Below, one piece after another: positions 19,516 through 28,760 of a DNA stretch of 64,000 nucleotides. Source of the stretch: a virus. Position numbers and translations under genes: made by a program. The notes under the pieces were generated by a model, which saw only the letters and a program-made list of their open reading frames with translations, was not told the origin of the DNA and did no database searches. The stretch's first letter is position 1. Each line of letters starts with the position of its first letter. The stretch is taken from UHGV virus genome UHGV-0348865; one strand, 5' to 3'.

Positions 19516-21624
19516 TCACTTGTTAGATTTGAGTTCAGCAATCTCTGCTTTAAGGGTGTCGATTTGTTCCATCAAAGCCAGAATAGCTTCGTGGTGAAGA
19601 CCAATCGCAATACCAGTAGAATCTGGAGATAGGACACCTTTGACAACTGTTCCATCAGGGAGGGTTCTGTCTGGGCCTGTATAGACCAACTCTGGATAGA
19701 TATCCTGAACTTCTTGAGCAATGAACCCAATACCAAACTGGCCCCCGTCTAAGCGTCGCCAAGTGTACCCATGTAGTTTCTTCATCTTCTCAAGAGGTTC
19801 TTCTATCTTAGCAATATCCTTTTTAATTCGGATATCCGAATTACTTACCCAGTTAGCAGGAGCTATGGCACTACCAAACTGGTTAAACAACCAATCATAA
19901 TTCACCCCTGCTCCTGAGAATCTAAGTATGCCAAAGCTATCAACGCCCACGTTCTCCGCAAGAGACATGGAGAAAACAGCGCCCTGTGTTCCTGGATTAC
20001 CCGCCCTGCCTGTCAGCTCACAAATAAACGCCGGGGATGCTACAGGCCACAGACCATCAGACCCTAACTTAGAAGCTGCAATGAAACCTGACCCCACACC
20101 TCTAGTGTATGTTGGGATTGTTAGCTCCCCACCAAGGTCGAATCGAATCTCGGAACTTTTACCTTGATAGTCTTCAATTCTCCATACACCACCTCCACGT
20201 TGACCATAATTACCATCAGCACGCATAGAAGATCTTATGTGCATAGAGTCTCCAATATTATAGTCAGAGCGAACCTCACCACCCTTTATAGCCGTCCCTG
20301 TTCCAGGAGCAGCGGAATCTCCATTAATAACAGACCAAGAAGTATTAGCTGCAATAAATGCTCCGTTGGCACGAACTACCCATACGCCAGATACTTTGTT
20401 TGGAACGATCTCTGCTGAGTTGTTGCGTCCGTAGACGGCGCTGGAACGGGAGGCATCGAAGGTGATTCGCCCGTATGCGTCCCCAGAAGCTGCCAACGCG
20501 GTGAGGTTCGTGGCTGGCGTAACAGTTCCCCCAGCAAACGCCCCGCTGGGACTGAAGTATATCCCACGTGTTCCGGCGTATGTGTTGTCTAAAGAGGCTG
20601 TGATATTAGGAGCGCTATTCAACGCGACAGTCATATCAGAAGCAGAAGTTTTTCCACCTCGGAAAAACAAACCTTCTATAGAGCCATCCTGAACACCGTT
20701 CCAATCTGGTACACGGAAAGTAGTTGTACCATTACCTAAAGAATATTTGCCACGCTGAGATGGGTCTGCTAACCAATCAGAATCGTCAATAGGGGTTAGC
20801 ATTTGAGCAAACACCCATAGTTCTGGATATTTAGCTCGTTCTAATAGCTGCCCATCTAAAGTCACGTCATATGGGTGTATAAGTGCTCGGCTTGCAGCCA
20901 TATGAGGAGTACCAATTCCGTAGTTCATAATACCGTTCATTGTGGCTCCACCAGAACCACCACTGTTACGAAGCTGTCTCATAGTCACAGCGTCATAATC
21001 ACCTACACCATCTGCAATAGTAACAGGCTGTTGGAAAGTTACCTTCTGAGTAAACTGTTTGATATCAGAGTTAATTCCTGTACGGTTCACACCAATAGTG
21101 CGACCCTTAGAATCCTTAACATAAGAGCCAATCGCAGCAAAAGGCAAATCCTCAATCTCTGGGCGATAACGTTTAGAATAAACTGGATACTTGGTTTCTA
21201 CACCAGAATCGTTCTGGTCTACTACTTGAAGACGACCAGCAGAGTGAATCTCTACCCCTTGAACAGAAGAAGCATAGCTACCAATCTTGATTGCATTGTC
21301 AGTAGTGACTTTCATCATATCCACAGACTCTACACCATTAGCCCCAGCAGAACGGAAAGGGATGTTATTGTCTACGAAAGGGTCTGCTTTGAACAAAGCA
21401 CCTTCCATGATAGGTTGAATTGAATCTAATACATAATCTTTAGATGCACCTTCTGTTTTAGTTTGATATACATCAGCTGCATCTGTTTTCTGTAGATATT
21501 TACCTGTTAAATCTACTGCACCAGCTACTCCGTCTACAGTAGAAACCCCAACAACTGCTGCATCTCTATTGATTACAACATGTGGCATCATTATCCCAGA
21601 TTTGGGCATTAATTCTCTAGCCAT
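19516..21624 (-). CDS. tail fibre/spike with C-terminal intramolecular chaperone (peptidase S74) domain
   Basis: C-terminus SDIRIKKDIAKIEEPLEKMKKLHGYTWRRLDGG...GFIAQEVQDIYPELV...LHHEAILALMEQIDTLKAEIAELK matches the endosialidase-chaperone domain; tail-collar-like motif DGQLLERAKYPELW...TTFRVPDWNG. Confidence 0.85.
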   Translation of the reverse strand: MARELMPKSGIMMPHVVINRDAAVVGVSTVDGVAGAVDLTGKYLQKTDAADVYQTKTEGASKDYVLDSIQPIMEGALFKADPFVDNNIPFRSAGANGVESVDMMKVTTDNAIKIGSYASSVQGVEIHSAGRLQVVDQNDSGVETKYPVYSKRYRPEIEDLPFAAIGSYVKDSKGRTIGVNRTGINSDIKQFTQKVTFQQPVTIADGVGDYDAVTMRQLRNSGGSGGATMNGIMNYGIGTPHMAASRALIHPYDVTLDGQLLERAKYPELWVFAQMLTPIDDSDWLADPSQRGKYSLGNGTTTFRVPDWNGVQDGSIEGLFFRGGKTSASDMTVALNSAPNITASLDNTYAGTRGIYFSPSGAFAGGTVTPATNLTALAASGDAYGRITFDASRSSAVYGRNNSAEIVPNKVSGVWVVRANGAFIAANTSWSVINGDSAAPGTGTAIKGGEVRSDYNIGDSMHIRSSMRADGNYGQRGGGVWRIEDYQGKSSEIRFDLGGELTIPTYTRGVGSGFIAASKLGSDGLWPVASPAFICELTGRAGNPGTQGAVFSMSLAENVGVDSFGILRFSGAGVNYDWLFNQFGSAIAPANWVSNSDIRIKKDIAKIEEPLEKMKKLHGYTWRRLDGGQFGIGFIAQEVQDIYPELVYTGPDRTLPDGTVVKGVLSPDSTGIAIGLHHEAILALMEQIDTLKAEIAELKSNK

Positions 21625-21663
21625 TAAATCCTCCTAAAAGCTCCCCGAAGGGAGCTGTGTTAA

Positions 21664-24600
21664 TTAACGAGCTTTCAGTACAGCTACTTCATTCTCTAGA
21701 GCTTCAATCTTGTCCAAGAGGACAAGAAGAACTTCGTGATGAAGAGCGGCTGCTACACCATAGGTGTCAACAGATTTAACATCCTTCACAATTGTTCCAT
21801 CTTTCAACTCCGTGTCAGAGAACTTAGTAACCTTGACGGCATCCGGAAAAACCTTCTCAACATCTTGAGCTAAGAAACCAATACCATTGGGCTTAGAGAG
21901 TTTATCCAACCGCTCCCATGTTACACCCTTAATAGCTTTAAGTTTCTCTATAGGGTTTTCAATCCGTTTGATGTTCGTCTTAAGCCTCTCATCAGAGGTG
22001 CTTGCCCAATTTCCTGCTTGTGCCGTTCCATCAGGAAAGAACTTGAAGTCAGCAGCTGTTCCAGTACCACCATTCACAGAAATCTGAGCGTGCATCAACT
22101 CTGTTCCACCACCACGAACACCACCAAAAGTGTAACTGCCATCATACCAGTCACCAGAGAAATAGGAAACATACCCCGGAGTACTTTGGTTGAAATTGAT
22201 CATCCTGATAGCGTTCTTCTCACTTGGTGCTACACCAACAGAATTGTTAGCCCTGACCAGCACGTCAGTAGGTCTTAAGTATGCATCAATTGTTAGTGCC
22301 CCGTCAGCCCTCTCTGTTCCAATCTGGGTGATAGCATTGGGAAATACCAGAGTACCAGCATTATTGAATTTCCATTCCTGGTTTCCATTAAGAATCTTAG
22401 CACCAGACTTATTAGAAGCCCCATCTATCTCTCCATAAGCAGACATAGTTGCTGAGTAGGTTAAATCTGTTCCTATCTTATATTCTGAACGAACCAGACC
22501 ACCAGATACAGTAAACCCAGCCGATGGTTTAACATCATCGCTATTAATAACACTCCAAGAAGTATTAGCAGCAGTAAAGCCACCATTAGCACGAATCACC
22601 CAGACACCTATGAAGCTGTTGGTGCGGACTTCGGTCGTGTTGTCGCGACCATAAGCGGCGTTTGATAGGCCCGCTCGAAAGCCGACGGAAAGCGCTGGTG
22701 TGGTTCCTGCGCCTAACGGAATATTAAGTGCTGGATCAGCCGCAAACATCGCCCCCGTAGGATCTCCATATACGCTCCATATGTTCGCACCAACGGAGCC
22801 TGTAATATCAGGCGCGGCGTTCTGCTGAACAGTACCGTCGTTGGCGCTGTTACCACCGTCACCGCGAGCATACAGACCAGAGATAGAACCGGTTTGAACG
22901 CCATTTCTATCAGGAACGCGGAAAGTAGTAGAACCATCACCTAAAGAGTATTTACCTCTTTTCTGAGGATCAGCCAGCCAGTCAGCATCTGTGATAGGGC
23001 TTAAGGCTTGAGCATAAGCCCATAAATCTGGATATGAAGTACGAGACAAAAGTTGTCCATCAGAAGGTACATCATTAGAGTGAATTAAAGCACGACTATC
23101 AATTAAACGGAAATCACCTATGTTGAAGTTGGACACTCCGTTTAAGCTTGCACCACTTCCACCACCTCCTTGGTTGCGTAATTGACGAAGGGTAACTGCA
23201 TCTGAATCACTAACCGCATCACCACCTAAACGAGTGGGACCAATCAATCCTTCCAGTTTCGTAATATCTGAGTTAACCCCAGAAGAGTTGATAGCAGCAG
23301 CACCAATAGCAGCAGGAGTAGGTTTGTTACCTTCAGTGTAAAACTTATTCTCACCGCTAGGACCAACATGCACAGGAACCGAAGCAGACAGCACTTTTGT
23401 GTTACTTGTATCGTTGCCAACCAAGACAGTACCGTCAGAACCAGAGGTGATCAAATTAACAGCAACACCATTACTAGAAGTGCCTGTTAATACAATACCT
23501 GTTCCTAGATTTAAGTGTCCTGTCATTTTACCACCAGAAGTAGGAAGAGCACCTAAATCAGAAGAGGTCAAAGCAACATTACCTGTTACCTCGTCAGGAA
23601 CTTTTCCATTAACTGCAACAACATATGGAACTTGAGCAAGAGGCTTACCATCATACTGAGCATCACTGGTAAGATTTGGAGATCGAATTGCTTCCCCTCC
23701 TGTCCAATCAGGCAGACGGATGTTGATGTAGTTTGTAGAATCCGCATCAGTGATACCGTCAGCAAGTTTACCCCAAGAATAGTATTGCTTTGAACCAGCC
23801 TGCCACTCTGTCTCAGAAACTACCGGAAGCTGACCGTTGACCAAAGAAGCTCCTAAATCTGATGCAGTGTCTTTGGAAACCAAACGACCATCAGCAGGCA
23901 AAATACCCGGGTAAGAAACAGGACGAGATGGGTCATATGGAAACATCAACAATTCACCAAGATACAGAGATGGGTTCCCTGTCGGGATGGTGATATCAAT
24001 ATTACCAGTTGAGTCAGGAATACGAGAGTTTACTGTTATTACCCTATTCTCTGTCTTAACTGGGGTTAATGTTTTGTTCGAAGCTACAGTATAAAATTCA
24101 TATTTGTAATCTTCCCAAACCAGAACGTTCTCACCAGTTTTTCTGTTAACAGCATCGGCATCAGCCGCAGCTTTTGTTCTGTATGTTTTAACATAACCAT
24201 CCACTTTCCCATCAACCTGAGATGTACTGTAAGATGCAACGTTTACGACATTATTTAAACCAACTGAAGTTTTATCTAAGACTAGATTAACATCACCGGT
24301 AGCTGGAGATCCTCCGTTCACTGCAACTGAACGAACAGATGGGATTAAGTTAGCGATATCCTCTAAGGTTGTTTTATGTACGGTATTATCGTCCTTATCA
24401 ACATAGAATCCTAAATCACCAAGCTCAGGAATACCTGTAGGTGCTGTATCCAAGTCTTTAACAGAACCATCTTTTCCGGGTTCGCCTTCTGGGATACCTA
24501 AAGAGATTACACCAGTGTTAGGGTTAAAAGAACCAGTAGCTTGACTCCCCGGAGGAAGGGTAGTTACATCAACAGACATTCCCAACAGGATATCAAGCTG

Positions 24601-24951
24601 TCTCTGAACTTCGATTAGTTTCTGGTTAATGAGAGCAACGGCATTATTAGCATCCGACACTGCTGCGTTAGTCTGAGCAATAAGTGTCATCAAACGAGCA
24701 TCTTGATCTTTAAAGTCCTGTTTAAGTTCTTCGATATCTTGCTTCATTAAAACACCTTGTTGATACAGACGTTCTACTTCAGTGATCAAGTCATCAATTG
24801 TACCAAACTTAGACTCCGCTAGCAGTGCCCAATATTTGGAGTCAGCTGCATATTCTGCTGCTTGCTTGTAAGCTCCGATAGAGCCTTCCTTAGCACCAAA
24901 CTGCCCAACATCATTCACTGCATCAGGTGCTTGGTTATTATAAACGATCAT
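21664..24951 (-). CDS. long tail fibre with C-terminal intramolecular chaperone (peptidase S74) domain
   Basis: C-terminus SDERLKTNIKRIENPIEKLKAIKGVTWERLDK...GFLAQDVEKVFPDAV...LHHEVLLVLLDKIEALENEVAVLK; shares a tail-collar-like central module with the 702-aa fibre. Confidence 0.85.
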   Translation of the reverse strand: MIVYNNQAPDAVNDVGQFGAKEGSIGAYKQAAEYAADSKYWALLAESKFGTIDDLITEVERLYQQGVLMKQDIEELKQDFKDQDARLMTLIAQTNAAVSDANNAVALINQKLIEVQRQLDILLGMSVDVTTLPPGSQATGSFNPNTGVISLGIPEGEPGKDGSVKDLDTAPTGIPELGDLGFYVDKDDNTVHKTTLEDIANLIPSVRSVAVNGGSPATGDVNLVLDKTSVGLNNVVNVASYSTSQVDGKVDGYVKTYRTKAAADADAVNRKTGENVLVWEDYKYEFYTVASNKTLTPVKTENRVITVNSRIPDSTGNIDITIPTGNPSLYLGELLMFPYDPSRPVSYPGILPADGRLVSKDTASDLGASLVNGQLPVVSETEWQAGSKQYYSWGKLADGITDADSTNYINIRLPDWTGGEAIRSPNLTSDAQYDGKPLAQVPYVVAVNGKVPDEVTGNVALTSSDLGALPTSGGKMTGHLNLGTGIVLTGTSSNGVAVNLITSGSDGTVLVGNDTSNTKVLSASVPVHVGPSGENKFYTEGNKPTPAAIGAAAINSSGVNSDITKLEGLIGPTRLGGDAVSDSDAVTLRQLRNQGGGGSGASLNGVSNFNIGDFRLIDSRALIHSNDVPSDGQLLSRTSYPDLWAYAQALSPITDADWLADPQKRGKYSLGDGSTTFRVPDRNGVQTGSISGLYARGDGGNSANDGTVQQNAAPDITGSVGANIWSVYGDPTGAMFAADPALNIPLGAGTTPALSVGFRAGLSNAAYGRDNTTEVRTNSFIGVWVIRANGGFTAANTSWSVINSDDVKPSAGFTVSGGLVRSEYKIGTDLTYSATMSAYGEIDGASNKSGAKILNGNQEWKFNNAGTLVFPNAITQIGTERADGALTIDAYLRPTDVLVRANNSVGVAPSEKNAIRMINFNQSTPGYVSYFSGDWYDGSYTFGGVRGGGTELMHAQISVNGGTGTAADFKFFPDGTAQAGNWASTSDERLKTNIKRIENPIEKLKAIKGVTWERLDKLSKPNGIGFLAQDVEKVFPDAVKVTKFSDTELKDGTIVKDVKSVDTYGVAAALHHEVLLVLLDKIEALENEVAVLKAR

Positions 24952-24960
24952 ATTATCTCC

Positions 24961-25713
24961 TTATACACGAGAAGTACGAATACCATAAATATCAGGCAAG
25001 CTGCTCTGAAGTCGAGTCATGTTATTCGGAATTGCGATAGGTGAACCTGAGTACTCTTGTTTCTTATGCTGCTCTACTATTTCATCAAGGATAGCTTTTC
25101 CTAATGCAGACCATTTCTGAACTCCATTATCATCTTGAACAAATAAGCAAGCGTGACGTAGAGTGAAATACAGAAGAAGCTCTGGTGCAATAGTAAGGAT
25201 AGCACTGGTATCTGTATCTTCATGGAATTCCGGTGGGTCCGCATAATAGCTAAGAATCACTGAGTTTTCTGCTGGAATCAAAGGGCTTCCATCATCAGGA
25301 TAAACAGGAGTGTCTGCTTCAATACTAGGATAGAAAATGAAACGACTCCCGAAACGAGCAAAGTTAACAGGCTGGTTGTTCCAGTGGGATGGGTTAATTG
25401 TTCCATGCTGTCTACGATAGCTAATCTCTTCCGGAGATGTTACTTGGAAGATTGTACCATCTTTGGCTCTCATCATCCATTGAGCTTCTAAGTAATCAGG
25501 AGGAATATAAGCCACTCCATCTTTGATATCTAAATACACTTCTTTTTCCAGAGGAGGAATACGTAAGTTACGATAAATCTCTTTCTCTGCAAAGTTAATA
25601 AAGTTTGGAATTTGATTAACAAATTCGTCATCGTCCCTATCTGCCCAGAGGGCCACGGCCTTCTTTAGCCACCCATAGGTATTGATGGGGTATTGAACAT
25701 CTGGCATTGCCAT
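24961..25713 (-). CDS. virion structural protein (possible head-tail adaptor)
   Basis: 250 aa between the capsid/decoration genes and the tail fibres; assignment by position only. Confidence 0.35.
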   Translation of the reverse strand: MAMPDVQYPINTYGWLKKAVALWADRDDDEFVNQIPNFINFAEKEIYRNLRIPPLEKEVYLDIKDGVAYIPPDYLEAQWMMRAKDGTIFQVTSPEEISYRRQHGTINPSHWNNQPVNFARFGSRFIFYPSIEADTPVYPDDGSPLIPAENSVILSYYADPPEFHEDTDTSAILTIAPELLLYFTLRHACLFVQDDNGVQKWSALGKAILDEIVEQHKKQEYSGSPIAIPNNMTRLQSSLPDIYGIRTSRV

Positions 25714-25814
25714 AGGTTGTCCTCCTTGTTATATGTAGACAAAGAATATACATTACACACTGGCTTGTATAGGTCTTAAAACGAAAAAACCCCGCCCGAA
25801 GGCAGGGTCTAATT

Positions 25815-26327
25815 TTAAGCAGGTGTTACACCAGTAAAAGTGCATGTTGCATTGATAGACGGGTCAGCTGTCAAACTAGCTTGAACAGTAACTTCGCCAC
25901 TTGCAGCAGCATCTAATTTTAACGAATTATTAGCGCTTATTGTACCAGCTTCTACGGGAGTTACAACAAGTGTGTAATCATCAGCAACAGAATTGGTTAC
26001 AGTAAACATGGTGTTGAAGTTAGTGGTAGTACCACCTACTTTACCTGTAATTGGCCCACGACTCACAATAGTAGGAGCAGGAGCAACAATTTCAGAAATG
26101 GTTGCTGTACCAGAAACACCTTCTAAAGTTGCAGTAATGGATACATCAGTGGATTGAGACGCACTCGGAGCAGTATACAAACCAGACTGAGTGATAGAAC
26201 CACCTCCTGTCACTGACCAAGTAAAGCCAGTTGTTTCGGTAGAACCATCACTTTTCTCCGCGCTTGCAGTGAACTGCCGAGTAGCCCCTGTCTCTAGACT
26301 TGCTAAAGACGCAGGGCTAACAGTCAC
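25815..26327 (-). CDS. Ig-like (Big_2-type) capsid decoration domain protein; possibly expressed as a frameshift extension of the capsid protein
   Basis: Thr/Ser/Gly-rich beta-sandwich-like sequence (FTWSVTGGGSITQSGLYTAPSASQSTDVSITATLEGVSG); GTG start 11 nt after the capsid stop, in the -1 frame. Confidence 0.6.
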   Translation of the reverse strand: MTVSPASLASLETGATRQFTASAEKSDGSTETTGFTWSVTGGGSITQSGLYTAPSASQSTDVSITATLEGVSGTATISEIVAPAPTIVSRGPITGKVGGTTTNFNTMFTVTNSVADDYTLVVTPVEAGTISANNSLKLDAAASGEVTVQASLTADPSINATCTFTGVTPA

Positions 26328-26338
26328 ACTGTCTACTG

Positions 26339-27397
26339 TTACGCCGCCACCTTTCCCGCAGCAGTGAACAGAACGCCGGAAGCATACGGGTTGCGGTGAC
26401 GCAGACCAACTTCCATTTCAATCATCCACTTCTCGTAAGAACCGTCTTTAGCCAGTTCAGTACGTTTCGGAGCACGCAGAACCATCTGAGTCCAGTCAGC
26501 GCTACGGAAGAAGTAAACTGCATCGGTAGGCATCCAACGGTTAACGATGATTTTGTAGCTCTGGCCCAGCGGGTCAGTGATGCTGTTAACTTCGTAGATG
26601 AACTGCTTGGTGTTCTCAAAGATACGCTTACGTGAACCCTGAGTATTTTCTTGCAGGCCAGCGAAGATCTTAGCATGAGCCGGGTTGATCATGATGATAT
26701 CTGCTTCAGAACCAGCGGTATACAGTTGCAGAGTCATATCAAAGATATCAGCTTCGTCGAAACCAATGTTAGTGGTCGGGTTAGAAGCATTCTGTGCAAC
26801 TTTAACAGTTACTGCACCAGTATCCGGGTCAGCAGGACCATTCTTAGTCTTGTCAACAACGCCACCAGACAGACCACCGTGAGCACACAGGAACTGGAAT
26901 GCACCAGTCTTACGAGCTGCATGGGTGTCGTTCTTACCAATCTGATCTGGATCAGTTGCAGAGTTAGTCAGGTACTGGTCAGCCAGAACGTCGGTACGAG
27001 CCTGACCGGACAGAAGGATTTTCTCGAGGTCACGCTTAATCTCTTTACCTTTCTTCTCCAGCTGATACATCAGTTCACGACCACGACCGTAGTTAGCGGT
27101 GGTGTTAGCAGTATCAGAAACACGAACAACCTTACGCAGAATCTGAGTAACGTTAGATTTGATAACAGTCGGTTTCATTTCGCCGTCTTCAGCACGAGAG
27201 CCTTCGACGTGTGCGTTATTACCGTCAACGCTTGCCAGTGCATCGGTCTGCCAGCTAAAGATAGTCTGGTTGATAGACTCTTTACCGGTCATAGATACGA
27301 ACGGGGTATCCTGAGGGGACAGAACAGAAATCCAGTTAGCAAAAGAAAGTTTTTTACCATTCTGGTCATACGATACAAATAAAGTTGGATTAGCCAT
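26339..27397 (-). CDS. major capsid protein
   Basis: 352 aa directly downstream of the scaffold gene; host-like highly-expressed codon usage; canonical terminase-portal-scaffold-capsid order. Confidence 0.75.
   Translation of the reverse strand: MANPTLFVSYDQNGKKLSFANWISVLSPQDTPFVSMTGKESINQTIFSWQTDALASVDGNNAHVEGSRAEDGEMKPTVIKSNVTQILRKVVRVSDTANTTANYGRGRELMYQLEKKGKEIKRDLEKILLSGQARTDVLADQYLTNSATDPDQIGKNDTHAARKTGAFQFLCAHGGLSGGVVDKTKNGPADPDTGAVTVKVAQNASNPTTNIGFDEADIFDMTLQLYTAGSEADIIMINPAHAKIFAGLQENTQGSRKRIFENTKQFIYEVNSITDPLGQSYKIIVNRWMPTDAVYFFRSADWTQMVLRAPKRTELAKDGSYEKWMIEMEVGLRHRNPYASGVLFTAAGKVAA
26351..26357 (-). other. candidate -1 programmed ribosomal frameshift slippery heptamer G GGA AAG
   Basis: Minus-strand GGGAAAG in X XXY YYZ register relative to the capsid frame, 3 codons before its stop; the -1 frame is open from here into the Ig-like ORF. 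Confidence 0.5.
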
Positions 27398-27438
27398 GTT
27401 ATGTTAGCTCCTATACTATTAATAATTTAATTTGTCGG

Positions 27439-28515
27439 TTAATCTACGAGGAATTTGAATGCGTCTTCGTGACTAACGCGACCCTCTGCGAATGCCTTGG
27501 CAACCTTAGCGTTGTCGGGCTTATTGGAAGTGCGAGACTTTGCAGCATCAGACTTCACAACCTTGCGTGGAGCACCGGGACGTTTAATCTTAGCCATCAC
27601 CTGTTGCTTACCTTTATCAAATTGGTATGCTTTATGGAGAGCTAGGAAAATAGACGGACGGTTTTCCTTCAATACTTCTTCTTCAGTAGCACCTAAGTCA
27701 ATTGCGTATTGCATTAAGTTTTGATATAAGTTTTCATCCCAATTTGGAATCTCACGTTTCAGAATATTAACACATTCAATGCTCTTGGCTTGGAAAGCTT
27801 CCTGCTCTTTAGCTGCTGCTTCCTGCTTAATACGGGCCTGAGCCTGTTCAAGCTGTTGACGGCGAGCTGTGTACTTCTCTAGGAAACGTTTGTTTTCAAC
27901 ATATGCTTGAGGATCTTCTACTGCAAGCTTGTCCCAATCAAAACCGTTATAATCTTCAATTACTCGGTCTGCTTCTAAAGACGCTAGTTCTAATACATCC
28001 TTCAAACCTACTACACGTTCCTCAAATGCTTCCATATGACGCTGAAGAGTTGATTCTCGTTCTGTCATATCAGCACCAGTAAGATAGCCATTAGAAAGTT
28101 CTTCAATAGTCATCTCACGTCCATCAGGAAGGGTGATAACGGTTTCGTAGTCTACATCAAAGACCTCACCTTCACCGTCAACAGAATCATCTTCATATTC
28201 TGCATCGCTTGAATCTTCTTCCTCTTGTTCTTCTGCTTCAGAGGATTCATCTTCATCTTCTTCGACTTCGCCTTCCTCTTCACGATCTTCCCAACCATCT
28301 TCATCTTCGAACTTAAGCTCATCGCTTTCACCGAGAAGGTCGGTATCAAAGTCGAAATCGTCACCGTCTTTTTCCGGGAACTCATCGTCAATGTCCACTT
28401 CTGGTTCTTGTTCAGATTCTAATCGACCGAGTTCTTCTTTGAAAGAACCTTTCAGGTCATCCAGTTGGAGGAAAGATTTAAAATCGTTCGGGTCAATATA
28501 ATTATCTTGTGGCAT
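27439..28515 (-). CDS. scaffolding protein
   Basis: Highly acidic (long D/E runs) helical 358-aa protein between portal and capsid genes. Confidence 0.7.
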   Translation of the reverse strand: MPQDNYIDPNDFKSFLQLDDLKGSFKEELGRLESEQEPEVDIDDEFPEKDGDDFDFDTDLLGESDELKFEDEDGWEDREEEGEVEEDEDESSEAEEQEEEDSSDAEYEDDSVDGEGEVFDVDYETVITLPDGREMTIEELSNGYLTGADMTERESTLQRHMEAFEERVVGLKDVLELASLEADRVIEDYNGFDWDKLAVEDPQAYVENKRFLEKYTARRQQLEQAQARIKQEAAAKEQEAFQAKSIECVNILKREIPNWDENLYQNLMQYAIDLGATEEEVLKENRPSIFLALHKAYQFDKGKQQVMAKIKRPGAPRKVVKSDAAKSRTSNKPDNAKVAKAFAEGRVSHEDAFKFLVD

Positions 28516-28751
28516 TATGAAACATCTCCTGCACTATTGATAGCAGCTTTTATGACCTCTTTTAAGCTACCCACCATTTTATACTTTTGATAACAATCTT
28601 CGCGTTTCTTATTCTCATGAGGTTCGGTTTGAACTATCTCTGTCATGAGTCTTTCTTTCAATGCCTCTAATGCTGCGTCAAGACTGCCGTTAAGATTGAG
28701 AGCCGCCAAAGCGGCGGCGTGCTCTTTATTGAATTGATGCCTAATGTTCAT
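28515..28751 (-). CDS. hypothetical small protein
   Basis: 78-aa ORF between the portal and scaffold genes. Confidence 0.4.
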   Translation of the reverse strand: MNIRHQFNKEHAAALAALNLNGSLDAALEALKERLMTEIVQTEPHENKKREDCYQKYKMVGSLKEVIKAAINSAGDVS

Positions 28752-28760
28752 TCGACGTCC

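Noticed and set aside
26651-27382. 243-aa plus-strand ORF antisense to the capsid gene, and similar antisense ORFs (for example 20875-21423, 8625-9110, 6278-6781)
   Set aside because: They lie wholly inside well-supported structural genes on the opposite strand, lack RBSs and have skewed low-complexity composition typical of antisense frames.
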